From IMG/VR virus record IMGVR_UViG_3300032326_001179: a stretch of DNA of 64,000 bases, one strand, 5' to 3'. The position numbers and the translations under genes were made by a program. The notes below the pieces were generated by a model. That model was not told the DNA's origin. It worked only from the letters and a program-made list of their open reading frames with translations, and did not search any database. This DNA comes from an uncultured virus (IMG/VR IMGVR_UViG_3300032326_001179). Taxonomy: Duplodnaviria; Heunggongvirae; Uroviricota; Caudoviricetes. Shown piece by piece: positions 24,305 through 36,263 of the stretch (position 1 is its first letter; each line of letters begins with the position of its first letter).

Positions 24305-25579
24305 ATGTCCTCAGAAAATTATTTTTTAGTTAAAACAACGTCCATAGTAAAAGCTCCTAATATGGCTAAAGCAAAAGCTATAGCTTCTGGAGCAGACGAT
24401 CATGGTCATCTTCTAAATCAAAAGATAGAAATTGAAGAAAAGAATGAATTAGACGTTGGAAAAATTGTGTCAAAATTCGATGATAAATACGTCTTCTCAA
24501 AATATGAGAATGAAGATTCAGAAGAATACCAATCAGATAATAATGACTATTCTTCTTCTTTTGTTTCTGTTAATGAGGATTTAGTAAACTTTTTAAGAAC
24601 AGAAAATAAGCGACTAGCAAGACTCGCAGATAAACACAAGAACGTAAAAGAGGACGCACTTGCTTCGGTGTATGAGGCAGCATACGAAGCCTTCTCGAAT
24701 TTTGAACTACCAAAGATTGACTATAAAAAGTCTTCAAAGAACGTTTCTAGATCAGCCCCTGAAACTGCAGTAGCAGTATTTGCTGACTGGCAGCTTGGTA
24801 AGGTAACCTCAACATATAATTCAGAAGTTCTAGCAAAAAGAATAGAACTTTATACGCAAAAAATGTTAGAAATAGTTGAGATTCAAAGACACCATCACAA
24901 TGTTGACAGACTACATGTATGGCTTTTGGGCGATATAGTTGAGGGGGAAGAGATATTTCCGGGACAAAGCCACCTTTTAGATGCTGGTCTTTATAGGCAG
25001 GTGGGGATATATGGTCCTGAGATTCTGACTAAATTCATTACAGAAAGCCTGCAGCATTTTGAACACATTCATATCACTGGGGTAATAGGAAACCACGGCG
25101 CTGTTGGCGGTAGAGCAAGAAAGCAGCACGATCCAGAGACAAATATGGATAGACTTCTATACAAGATTGTTAGTTGGATATTCAAAGATGAGCCAAGAGT
25201 TACGTTTGATATTCCAGACGGCAGAGGAGAAAGAAGCTTCTATGCAGTAGATAGAATAGGCGACTACTCCACACTGTTGATACATGGAGACCAAATGCCT
25301 TCGCCAACAGCATTCCACGGTTACTTTAAGAAGGTAATGGGTTGGAAAGATGGAGCAATTGAAGACCATTTTGATGATGTTTTTATGGGACATTATCACC
25401 AGCAAGTAAAGGTTACTATAGGTAGCGGGCTACTAAGAATCTCTGGTTCACCAGAGAGTAACAATACATATGCGCAAGAGTACTTTTCGTCTATGAGTAG
25501 ACCATGTCAACATCTTATGTTCGTACATCCTCAAAATGGAGTTACATCTGAGTATTCCATTTGGTTAGACGGCGTATAA
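24305..25579 (+). CDS. Calcineurin-like metallophosphoesterase
   Basis: Ordered motifs ADWQLG, LGDIVEG, GNHG, IHGD and GHYH. Confidence 0.85.
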   Translation: MSSENYFLVKTTSIVKAPNMAKAKAIASGADDHGHLLNQKIEIEEKNELDVGKIVSKFDDKYVFSKYENEDSEEYQSDNNDYSSSFVSVNEDLVNFLRTENKRLARLADKHKNVKEDALASVYEAAYEAFSNFELPKIDYKKSSKNVSRSAPETAVAVFADWQLGKVTSTYNSEVLAKRIELYTQKMLEIVEIQRHHHNVDRLHVWLLGDIVEGEEIFPGQSHLLDAGLYRQVGIYGPEILTKFITESLQHFEHIHITGVIGNHGAVGGRARKQHDPETNMDRLLYKIVSWIFKDEPRVTFDIPDGRGERSFYAVDRIGDYSTLLIHGDQMPSPTAFHGYFKKVMGWKDGAIEDHFDDVFMGHYHQQVKVTIGSGLLRISGSPESNNTYAQEYFSSMSRPCQHLMFVHPQNGVTSEYSIWLDGV

Positions 25580-25596
25580 AAAATACTGAGGTTTAG

Positions 25597-28500
25597 ATGA
25601 AAAGCTATGTTTTAACATTAACAAATATACATTTTACCAAAAATGGTAAAGTATGGACATCTGAACCAATTGACCTATATGACAACTCTAGCTATACAAA
25701 CTTTTCAACCTTAAGATCTAGATATGGGTTAAATACTTTTGGTGACTACACTTTTGTTGGCAATAAAGTATTAACCTCAGCTACTCCATCAGTAGAAAGG
25801 CGGAGTGCTTGTTACTGATGTTGGTGAAATAGTCAAAGAAACAAATGCAACACAGTATGAGGTATTTAGATACGACCAAACTTCTGGTCAGTATTTTATA
25901 TTTGATCTAGAGCAAGCTTCTCCATATTGGATTTTAAGACCAGATGTATCTTCTCAACCTGTATATAGATTTGTTGATACAACATCTAGAATAGATTTAG
26001 TAGCTTATAAATCTACATTTTTAGGAAACCCATCTTCTGAGCCTATTGAATACACTCTTCAGGTTTATGAGTCAGATGATGTTATAGAGTCGGCTACGCC
26101 TTTTTGGATTCCCAATCAAGTATCTGAGCAAACAAACTATCTTTTTATACAAAGATGTAAAAGATTTGTTAAGTTTGAGGTTGAATTTTTTAGCGATCTT
26201 GATGAATCATATTTCGTTGGAGCAACTCCTACAATAAACTACATATTATTAGTAGAAGTTCAGATAGCAGACGCTAATCCATCAAACACAACTTTTACAA
26301 CTAGAGACATAGTTAAAAAATTTCCTTCGTGGACAAAAATATATGAAGACTCTTTAGAGGGAGCTACCCCAAGGTTTGACGAACCAAAGAGTCTTGGAGG
26401 AAAATTAATCAATGCATCTGTGGGTGATCACCTAGATAAAGTTGAATCAGCAATAGATTATTTTGATCTAAACAAGTCTATATCTGGAGCTAATACAGAT
26501 TCTTTAGCTTGGATATATTCAACGACATCCGTGCCTAGTGCGGTTCATTCAGTTTTTGCTGATGATATTGAACTAAGTGGAATCGTGAATTACTCTGATT
26601 TCATCAACCATAGAGTTGGTGATTATGTTTATTATTTTAATCCGGTTGATAAAGTAGTTCTTACACTAGAAAAATATACAAAGTTCTATATAAATAATAT
26701 ATCTTATGAACAAAATGAAGTTCTTGTATTTAATATGTTTGATGACTTTGGTCTTCGAGTTGGTATTCCGAGATTAAAACTCGAATCAAATGAAAATTAT
26801 AAAAAAAGAATTCTTGATGTATACAAAAATCCTCCAGGTACTGGCATAAATGCTTTTAAGAGAACATTAAGAAGAGAATTAGACCTATGGAAAGCAATTG
26901 GATCTACTCCAGATTCTGATTTTGCAGGAGCAACTCCGGAAGTTCTCGAAATGCAAGACATAGAAAAGCTTTCAAAGTTCTTTTACGAAAACGGAAATCC
27001 AACAAATAATTTCACAGATTTTGTTTCAAGAATGAATAGAGATTATCCGACAAACTGGGGTTTTGTTTCTTGGTCTGATTTGATATGGGACTATGCAGGA
27101 AGATTATCAGAAGGAGTTTCTCATGTTCCTTTTGTGTATGATCGCCCACTTATGGAGGCAACTCCATCATCTTATTATCAACATGGAGTTGGAGATTTAA
27201 GTGATATTAAACTTCAAATTACAGAAAATGAAGATTTTTCTAGTGATGAGAATATATTAAATAATATTTCTGATGACCAAGTACTAAGAAAATCCGCAAA
27301 AGTTGTTCTTTCTGGAGTCGAAAAAATTGGATCAAAAGAAATCTATCCTCCCATAAACGTTGACTTTGATTATTATACAGAGTATGAATATCTGTCTTCA
27401 AATAGTCCAACCGCAACAGTAAATTACACCATAGAATTAACTACTGGCGGAATTGTCTACTACGCAAATGCTACTAAATATGCAAGAAACGATACTCCAA
27501 TTAGAGGATCTTCTGCTACTCCAGATTATCTAATTCACAATATATTTAGTCAGACAGACAATAGGACTGAACCAACACTAAGGTTCAGGAGTAAAGTCAA
27601 CAATTCAGAGTATCGTGATTTTTCTGCAACTCCTTCAACATATAGAATACCATCAAATATAGTTTCCTCTGGCTCAGTAAAGTATGGGCACTTTAGATAT
27701 TCTTCTTCTACTCCAAGATATGAAAGAATAAATCATTCAACTCCAAATCAATCTTATCTAGCACTAGCTTCTTTGGGTCAAATATATTCAGCAAATTATC
27801 CAACAGGAATATACTTTGATTCTACGCCATCTTTGTCTCAATCAAGTCCGTCTTTTGATAATTTTAATGTTAGATATGCCTCAGACATGTATTCATACAG
27901 CGTTTCTACAGGTTATACACCTAAGATTAGAAGAAGAATAACACTGGCCCCCTATGCTAACTCTATGCAGTCAGCAACTCCAATTCAGACCATACCATTT
28001 TCAAGCTTTACTCAAAACATATACCAAAGGTGGGGTGGAGCAACACCAAAATATCTGCACATAGATAACGTTGGCCCTTCAGCATATATTGATCCAGACT
28101 ATGCAACCCCTTCGGACAATGGAGCAATTGGTTACGGTGGTTTTTCCTATCATCCAGAGTTTGATCAGGACATTCTTGTTCCACATATATTAATTAGAAA
28201 AGACGAGTCAACAAGCTCTATTGAATTATTTGCAACTCCGAAATATGACATTAGTAGCGGCGCAGCTACACCACAAAATATAAATATATATTGGGAAAAA
28301 AATCAATTGTTAGACAGCAATAAATACTATACAAACGATGGACAAATTCAATATAATTATCCTTTTGTTGTTGGGCAATGGAAGTATTTTGAAAAGGAAT
28401 TAGCAACACCGATTACTTTTGACATATCATCTAGAGGTATCATCAAGAATGAAGAGGACGCAAAGACAGGGGTAATGTTAAGCGATGTTGTTGTAATTAA

Positions 28501-30403
28501 AGATTTTCATAGATATGAATTTGGATTTAATCAAAATAATTCTTCAAACTATATCATTAATTATATAGAGGTTATGCCGTACCAGGAATCGTCTAATAAT
28601 GTTATTATGTGGCTAGATAAAAATAATATAAAACCATATTTTACAGTTAGTCAAGATGATGATTTAAGAATTCCCAATACAGAAGTAGAGCCTTCTGATT
28701 TCTATGAAGAGAAATTCTCTGGAGACCTGACAGATGGGTACATAGAAGATGTTACAATAAGAGCAAGACTTAATACTAGGACTAATCCAAATCTTGGATC
28801 AGAAATCCACACTGGCTGGTATTATTTGGACGAAGAAGAGACCTATGTCTATGCTAGGCCAAAACAAGAATCTTTTGTTAATAGCGGATCAACTCCAAAT
28901 TATTCGTTCAGGCTTGCTAATGCAGCAAGGCAGAGTGCTCCCATAATAATAGATATTTCTGAATATCCAGAAAATCTTCTGACCAGAACAAACTTTGTAG
29001 AAGAAAATGATAGGTCATTAAATTCATTCTATAATATAGAGTATATTGAAGCAAAAAATTCTAACAATCTTTATTTAGGCTACAAAAATGTATACGACGT
29101 ATCGGTTTTTGATTCAGTAACTAATAGTTTTGTCGTTGAAAACAAATTCTCAGAAACAGAAAAGATTACAGTCAGCGATCACGCAACACCTATAATCTTA
29201 GAAGAGGGAAGAGAATATAAGGTAAAATATAGAGTTAGAAACTCATATTATGTAGACAATGAAGATTACAATAATGGAGTAATTGGTACAAAGATTTATT
29301 TTGATTCAACACCAATGTATGGAGCAACACCTTTACAGGGTCCTTTTACATATAATGTTACATATGAGTCTTCAATATTTGACACAGCTACGCCAACAGG
29401 GCTATATCACTCTCCAATAGTATCTTTGAATAGTGAACACTTTGTGTATTTAACCAATTCAAATTATGAATACGATAGATTTATTGCGCAGATGAACCCA
29501 GCTGTTATAAGTGATAATCGCAATGCGGACTACTCTTTGCTCACCATAGAAAGCCTGGATAAAAATCTCAATCCAAAGCCTTATCAAACTTATTCAATAT
29601 CTTCAAGCAATTTATCTGCAACTCCATCAACTGTTACAACAAACGATGAAGGATTTGCTGTTGTAGAACTAAGATACAAAGGGGCCTACCCAGCAACAGT
29701 TAGTTATGACACAATTCTAATCTCTGGAGTTGCCTCAGAACAAAGCGTAGCAACCGATAGTGCAACTATAAACTATCAAATTGTAAGATCAGCACAAACA
29801 ACAAATAGACTTATAGCAGAAAATTCACAGCAAACAATAAGGGCAGATGGTCAGTCTTCTTTATATGTAACAGGAAAAATTATTTCTCAAGACAGCACAG
29901 TTAATAATATAAGAGTTTACTATAGAAAAGCAAGAACACTAAAAGACGCATTTGATCTACCTTATAGCTCATCAGTACTCAGTTCTCAAAACGGAAGTTT
30001 CTCCATAGGACCAATTACCTCTCAGAATGCAGCCACACCAGGATACTGGTTTATGGTTATTGATTCTGTTATGGAAGATGGTTCAGTGACAAATATAAGC
30101 CCAGAAACGATTGTTGGTGACATAGTCCACTGGTACGAGGACGCAGATGATGTTATCACTTCATCTAGCATTAGAGTCTATCCAATTCAAGAATCTTTTA
30201 TAAGTAATCAAATAAACTATTTCTATGCAACGCCAGTCTACAAAGTTTCATATATAACAGGAGATGAATCAATACCATCTGCTAAGAATACTTTAAATAT
30301 ACCATCTTGGGTTAAGATCCCCAGATATGCGCAGTATCAGGCTGGAATACTTGGAGATGGTTACTATGAGTATAAGAATCAAAACAATGTGTATCCAAGT
30401 TAA
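25597..30403 (+). CDS. Large (~1601 aa) baseplate/tail structural protein rich in A/S-T-P tripeptides; joined across a +1 shift at C25801
   Basis: ORFs 25597 and 25805 fuse as SATPSVER-G-VLVTDVGE. It has a baseplate-like FDDFGLRVGIPRL..ESNENYKKRI segment and an Ig-like C-terminal region. Confidence 0.65.
25801..25804 (+). other. C-GGN +1 recoding site 7 (AGG CGGA GTG)
   Basis: In-frame CGG at codon 69; the +1 frame is open to 30403. Confidence 0.75.
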
Positions 30404-30424
30404 ATATTATAAAATGGATGTAAG

Positions 30425-33400
30425 ATGAAAAAATTTAATAATAATATAGAAAATTCTAATGAAAAAAAGATCAAAAAGGGTTTAACTTTACCCTCTGATG
30501 CAATAAATCTTGGATATATAAAAACAGAAGATGTAACACCAGGTTCTTCTTTAGTGGTTATAGATTCATCTACTGCAATTAAAGAAAATGTTTTAGAATT
30601 TAAAAACAAACAATCTTCTGTTTTAGCAAATGAAGTCGGCATGCTTTACGATCCCATAACTGGATCAACAAGATTCCCAACAGAAAATGTTTATGTTTCT
30701 GATTTTAGGGCGTCTGAGCCAGTTGACACTAAGTACGTAGATGTAATCAAATTAAATCAGAATACGTTTGGAAAGTTGTCTAGCTCAGATTACTACCACT
30801 CGTATTATGTCAGTAGATATTTTACCGCACAAGAAAACGTAAAAGGTAGCTCTATTAATTTTATAGACTATGGAAATAGAAGAATAGCTTCACTAGAAAA
30901 TTCCTTAGATACCCAAAGAAAATCTAGGGCAAGTTTAAATATATCAATAAATGACATATATGTAACCTATGCTGACGGATCTCCGTATGTAGATCAAAGT
31001 GGAAAAAAGAAATACGATATATTCTTAGAGTCCTACAACGAAAAAAGAATATCTCAGTTTGATAGGATTTGTAGGATAATAGTTCTAATAGAGGATCCCA
31101 ACCCATCTAATTTGATATTAGTTTATCCAAAGCTTGAATTAACCAGTGATTTAGAAATAATCAATGAAAACATAAAACACTCCGAACAAATAAACGCAGT
31201 ACCACTTTTTACAAAAGAAGGCGAAGAAACTTTTGCAGTTGATGTAGCAGCAAGGTATAATAAAACTTTTGCTACAAAAAGTAGCGAAAAATTAGAAGAC
31301 ATGTTTTCTACTGGTGGAGCATTTGATTCTAGAGGTTTTAATATATATGTTAATAGAAAAGCACTGCCGGACAACAGGTCTTATGAAGTTTTTAACTGGA
31401 GAATTATTGGTAAAGTAAAAAGAACTTTAGACTACGCAAATAGAATAGATGGGTCGTCAAATGGATCCGATAGATCTGCGGGAATAATTAAAGCTGCAGT
31501 TATAAAATCTAATACAAAAGAATCATATGTTGAACATCATAAAATATTTGGTAAATTTAATTCTCAAAATAATCCAATTAATATATATAATTATGTATTC
31601 ACAAATCCAATTGCTGATGCTCGACAGATTCAGAAAACAAACTCAGACGATACCTATTGGACTGTTGATTTATCAACAATAACAACTGCGCAAGCAAGGT
31701 CGTTTGATATTCTTGTTCTTGTAATAAATGAAAATACAAACATAACAACTTATGTTGAAAAAATACGAGATTTTATTAATTCAGGTGGATGTCTATTCAT
31801 AGAATCTGAAGGAACTTCGATATCAGACTCGGTAAAAAGCATTTTTCCAGTAGTGCCAGGATCGCTTCAATCTGGAGTAGCAACAGGATCTTTGACTTAC
31901 AATAGGTCTGAAAGCAGTATCTATTCAGAGTTAAACTTAAAATCAGAGAATCAATCTTGGGATATATCTGCTAGCGAGTTTGATGCTGGATACGGAGTTT
32001 ATGGGTTAATTAATAATTCTGGAAATGCACTAAAAGCTCTTCCAACAAACTTTTCTAATAACTCAGTAGTATCCAACAGTGTTGGCCCTGTAATTGCTCA
32101 GTTTAAAAAGAACTCTCAAGAAACATCGTCAATAACTGCTGGAAATATAATCATAAATACTGTTGGAATAAACAAGAAGGCAGGAGCAGACTACCTTCAA
32201 AGTACGTCACCAAACGCATCAGGGGCAAATACATCTTTTACGTTGTTGACATCCGACTCTGAAGGACCACTAAAGTTTTTCTATAACAGCATGATATCTG
32301 GAATTACCTCAAAGTACTACACAACATCAAATGCTGCCAACACATTTACTCAAACCTTAACGTTACCAACTTTGTTTCATGCTACAAGTTGGAAAACAGA
32401 CTGGTGCCTCAACGGCCCAACATCAAATGACAATAACCCATATAATGATATTTTAATTAAGAATGATGACATTGATGAATACGCTCTATATAATATATAT
32501 AGAGAGCAGAACGGCGATCTTTTCAGGATACTTGGACCCAAAAACTATAAACAAATATTTTTAGAAGACTTTAATAGGTCACTACCAAGCCAATATGCAG
32601 AGGTATATGCTTCATCTGGAGAAGATGTTATAGAGTATTACGTCGAATTTACAAACTCTACAATATCTCCTAAAGTTGGAACAATTATGCAGGGCCCTGT
32701 TTACTCTGGAATTACAACTCCATATAAAACTTATAAGCTTACTTTAGATGAAGCTAATCAGATACCAACATTTAAAACCTCTACAATATCTCTGCCATTC
32801 AATGTGCCTAGAGATTTTGGACAATTCTATATATCAGATAGATATAGATTAGTAGAAAATAGAGTAATAAATCAACCAAATGTAATTAATGATAATATTT
32901 ATAATTATCAATACAATTTTAAAACTTCATGGAACAAAGTTGTCAGTTCAGAGTCTTCTTTGTCTGTTGATATATCTCATAGAATATCTTTTAGAATTAA
33001 AATACCTATAACCTATCAACGAGCAGCAACTTCAAATAATCCTGGCACAGACACAGAAGCATCAAATTCAGATCAAAGTAAAATTATTTATTGGGAATTT
33101 AGCCAAGAAGCTTTTAGCTCAAGTAAAGCAACTGTAGTTGGTGTAACTGGAGCAGTTTATCCTGGTTCTGTTTCTGCAATTATGGGCATCAAAATACCTG
33201 AAACATACGCTGTTAGGCAGGATCTTGTTGACTATGAAAAATCTCATAACTTTACAGTTAGAGGTTACAAAGATGAGTGGAACCACTATCCGTATACTGG
33301 CGACATAGATATAACAGGTGAGAATAGACAGTATTCAGTAAATTCTGAAGATCTTCAAACGGGAGACTATGTATACTATATACAGTCTACGCTAATAGCT

Positions 33401-36262
33401 GATGGGTACAATATTGCCAGTGATGGAACCTTTGGTCCAAACACAAACACAGCTGTAAGATCTTTCCAACAAAAGTATGGACTTGGAGTAATTGATGGTC
33501 AAGTGGACTCTCAAACAAAGAGCGCTCTTGCCTATTTTTGGATAAAAAAGAATGATGAAGGAAAACTAGATTCAGAAAAAACAAAAATCAAAAATTATTT
33601 TGAGAGCAGAAAAAAACCAGGTATAGCAGAAAAAATTATTGCCTTTGTAGACAAAGCAATACAATTTGCGGATCCAAAAGAAGTTTCAAAAACTGGAGCC
33701 ATTAGAAGAATTAGTTATACAGATTCTAAAAAAGCTCCTTCTGAAATAGAAGCAACTATTTATTTAAAAATACCAGCATCTGTTTTGAACGCAAAGTTTA
33801 TAGAAAGTATTGAGATAAAGGCTGGTAGAGCAAAACTTTATGTTGACAGCATTATTCTTAGTGCTAAAGATTACGATATTACAACTGGATTAGGTCAATT
33901 CCTTATAGACGACCTTTCATCTTCTTGGCTAAATTCAAAAGATCTTTCTGGAAGAAAGACTGTTGAAATACCAGCTACTGAGGCACAAGATTTTCCACTT
34001 GATGGAGTTTCTGGGACTGGTTGGAAATATCTTATACTCAAAGTAAGAGGTTCACAACTTCCAGTAAATAAATATGGAACTGGAAAAGGAATTTTTATAG
34101 AGGGAGTTTGGTTCTGGTGTCAAGTCGACCAGAATAATCCTGGAAATGGTGGAGGAAATACACCTCCACCACAAGTCACCGTCAACGCCAATGTGTATGC
34201 GGATGTATATTTTGATTATACAAAGAATAATATAACTACAGCTAATTCACCGCAGTCTACATCATTTACATCTGCAACAGTTAGATCTTTAACAAATTTG
34301 TATGTTTCAAGAATATACGAAGTCTTAACCGATAGCACGGAAAGAGAATTTGCATACACTTCTGTATCAGATAACTCAATAATTCCAGGAAGAATTATTC
34401 CGATATCTACTTCAGATTATGAGACTACAGCAGTTGCAAACTATGATAAAGTTAAATTTAAAATGCAGGAAGCATCGATAGAAAGTAGCGCAGCAACAAT
34501 TAGTAATTTTGCAGTTGCAGAAACGGGATCAACTCCATCAACAACTCATCAATACATTAACTACATAACAAGATCTATAACGAATACCCAAAGTGCAAAC
34601 CAATATACAATTCAAACCACTTATGATTTAAACATATCAGCACTCTCCTCCACCACACAGTATGGAGGAGAGCAGGTTCTTGGAGAACACAGACATTTAT
34701 ATGTTGCTAACCTAAGAACAAATCAGAATCCAGCCCTGGCAGTAAGTCCAATAAACAAAAATTCAATCAATTACATAGATGGGATTGTTTGTTTTAGTGA
34801 TGCAAACGGCAGACCGGTTGGTTTTCCTAATTTTATAACAGCAAGTTCTTCTTCTGATACGTCATCTGTAAACATTACAAATATATCAATACAAACTAAT
34901 AGCAATTTTAATAGCCAAGGAATTATATATGGTTTTTATGATCTATCAAGTAGAAAGTTTTTAGGACAAAACATTTCGTACGCAGAATATGAAGAAAGAA
35001 ATGGTCCAGAAAATGTTTACATAGGAGCTATAGCAACTGATTATGACGGGAATACAGTTAGTGACGATATTGATTTTACAGGTTTTTCTGCAATACCGGT
35101 TTCTACTTTACAGGTTCCAAATAAAATAATATCTCCAATATACAATGTTTACATGGATGAAAAAGTTGCTATTAAAGTTATTACTCCTCAGTCATCTTTG
35201 GATAAAAGAGATCCATGGTATGTTTCTGTAACATCTGGATCTTTTAATAAAAATATTGAGGTTAATCCTCACATTATACAAAACGATGACATATTATGGA
35301 TGTCAAAGTATCACAACGAAGTATCAAATAAAATACAAACTAAGGCGTTTTATGATACAACATACTACAATAATGTAGGGTGGTCTCAAATTTTAGGTCA
35401 ACCATATATAGACGTTGTAGATGAAATACCTGATTTAATTGATTCAAGAACAATTAGGCTGCGACAAGTTCCATTTGCAAATATACATGAACCATCTGAT
35501 GATCCTGAGTATTTTTCTTCACCAATAAAACCATTCGTATTCATAGACATAAAAGAGAATGGACAATGGAGAAGATTAAAATTCTCTGAGATTGATTCTT
35601 TTAATTCAAATTCTGGGATAGTGTATACTAAAGCAAATGTTATACCAAATGATCCAAGAGATATTAGGGTTAAGTATGCGGTTAAAGCAGCAGCAGTACC
35701 AATTAAAATAATAGATTCAAAAATTATTAAAATAAATCCATTTATATATAATTCTGAAATTGAATATAATAAACCAATTTATATATATATGATACCTAGA
35801 AGTGTTCAGATCATTGGTTTTGAAGCAGCTCAAAGGGCAAATAACGATATTTATGAAATAGATGAAACAATTAAATTAACTAATGATAATAGAATATTTA
35901 ATCCAACTCATCCAAAATACAATCCTTTTGCACAGCTATTAGCTACTATATATGTTATAAATGAAAGTCTATTAGATACTTTAGAGCTTCAAGACCTAAG
36001 ATTAAAGGGTGGCGGAATAAAGTATGACGCAAATCTGATAGAATTGATGCAGCAGCATCCTGAAGCAAAGTCTTTCTGGGACATTAGTGGACCAAGAGGA
36101 TTTGCATACAGCAGCGGAGGATACGTGATCGTAAGATTGCCTGCGCAATTAAATAATTACATGAGTGAATCAGCCATTAGGGAAATAGTAAGATCTTCTC
36201 TAACTGCTGGTGTAATCTTTGAGTTACAAGATTATTCTGGCCAATCATGGAAGGAAAGTTAA
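30425..36262 (+). CDS. Large virion structural protein with a peptidoglycan-binding (PG_binding_1-like) domain
   Basis: 1945 aa; GDYVYYIQSTL...DGTFGPNTNTAVRSFQQKYGL..DGQVD at about 33360-33520. Confidence 0.7.
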   Translation: MKKFNNNIENSNEKKIKKGLTLPSDAINLGYIKTEDVTPGSSLVVIDSSTAIKENVLEFKNKQSSVLANEVGMLYDPITGSTRFPTENVYVSDFRASEPVDTKYVDVIKLNQNTFGKLSSSDYYHSYYVSRYFTAQENVKGSSINFIDYGNRRIASLENSLDTQRKSRASLNISINDIYVTYADGSPYVDQSGKKKYDIFLESYNEKRISQFDRICRIIVLIEDPNPSNLILVYPKLELTSDLEIINENIKHSEQINAVPLFTKEGEETFAVDVAARYNKTFATKSSEKLEDMFSTGGAFDSRGFNIYVNRKALPDNRSYEVFNWRIIGKVKRTLDYANRIDGSSNGSDRSAGIIKAAVIKSNTKESYVEHHKIFGKFNSQNNPINIYNYVFTNPIADARQIQKTNSDDTYWTVDLSTITTAQARSFDILVLVINENTNITTYVEKIRDFINSGGCLFIESEGTSISDSVKSIFPVVPGSLQSGVATGSLTYNRSESSIYSELNLKSENQSWDISASEFDAGYGVYGLINNSGNALKALPTNFSNNSVVSNSVGPVIAQFKKNSQETSSITAGNIIINTVGINKKAGADYLQSTSPNASGANTSFTLLTSDSEGPLKFFYNSMISGITSKYYTTSNAANTFTQTLTLPTLFHATSWKTDWCLNGPTSNDNNPYNDILIKNDDIDEYALYNIYREQNGDLFRILGPKNYKQIFLEDFNRSLPSQYAEVYASSGEDVIEYYVEFTNSTISPKVGTIMQGPVYSGITTPYKTYKLTLDEANQIPTFKTSTISLPFNVPRDFGQFYISDRYRLVENRVINQPNVINDNIYNYQYNFKTSWNKVVSSESSLSVDISHRISFRIKIPITYQRAATSNNPGTDTEASNSDQSKIIYWEFSQEAFSSSKATVVGVTGAVYPGSVSAIMGIKIPETYAVRQDLVDYEKSHNFTVRGYKDEWNHYPYTGDIDITGENRQYSVNSEDLQTGDYVYYIQSTLIADGYNIASDGTFGPNTNTAVRSFQQKYGLGVIDGQVDSQTKSALAYFWIKKNDEGKLDSEKTKIKNYFESRKKPGIAEKIIAFVDKAIQFADPKEVSKTGAIRRISYTDSKKAPSEIEATIYLKIPASVLNAKFIESIEIKAGRAKLYVDSIILSAKDYDITTGLGQFLIDDLSSSWLNSKDLSGRKTVEIPATEAQDFPLDGVSGTGWKYLILKVRGSQLPVNKYGTGKGIFIEGVWFWCQVDQNNPGNGGGNTPPPQVTVNANVYADVYFDYTKNNITTANSPQSTSFTSATVRSLTNLYVSRIYEVLTDSTEREFAYTSVSDNSIIPGRIIPISTSDYETTAVANYDKVKFKMQEASIESSAATISNFAVAETGSTPSTTHQYINYITRSITNTQSANQYTIQTTYDLNISALSSTTQYGGEQVLGEHRHLYVANLRTNQNPALAVSPINKNSINYIDGIVCFSDANGRPVGFPNFITASSSSDTSSVNITNISIQTNSNFNSQGIIYGFYDLSSRKFLGQNISYAEYEERNGPENVYIGAIATDYDGNTVSDDIDFTGFSAIPVSTLQVPNKIISPIYNVYMDEKVAIKVITPQSSLDKRDPWYVSVTSGSFNKNIEVNPHIIQNDDILWMSKYHNEVSNKIQTKAFYDTTYYNNVGWSQILGQPYIDVVDEIPDLIDSRTIRLRQVPFANIHEPSDDPEYFSSPIKPFVFIDIKENGQWRRLKFSEIDSFNSNSGIVYTKANVIPNDPRDIRVKYAVKAAAVPIKIIDSKIIKINPFIYNSEIEYNKPIYIYMIPRSVQIIGFEAAQRANNDIYEIDETIKLTNDNRIFNPTHPKYNPFAQLLATIYVINESLLDTLELQDLRLKGGGIKYDANLIELMQQHPEAKSFWDISGPRGFAYSSGGYVIVRLPAQLNNYMSESAIREIVRSSLTAGVIFELQDYSGQSWKES

Positions 36263-36263
36263 A

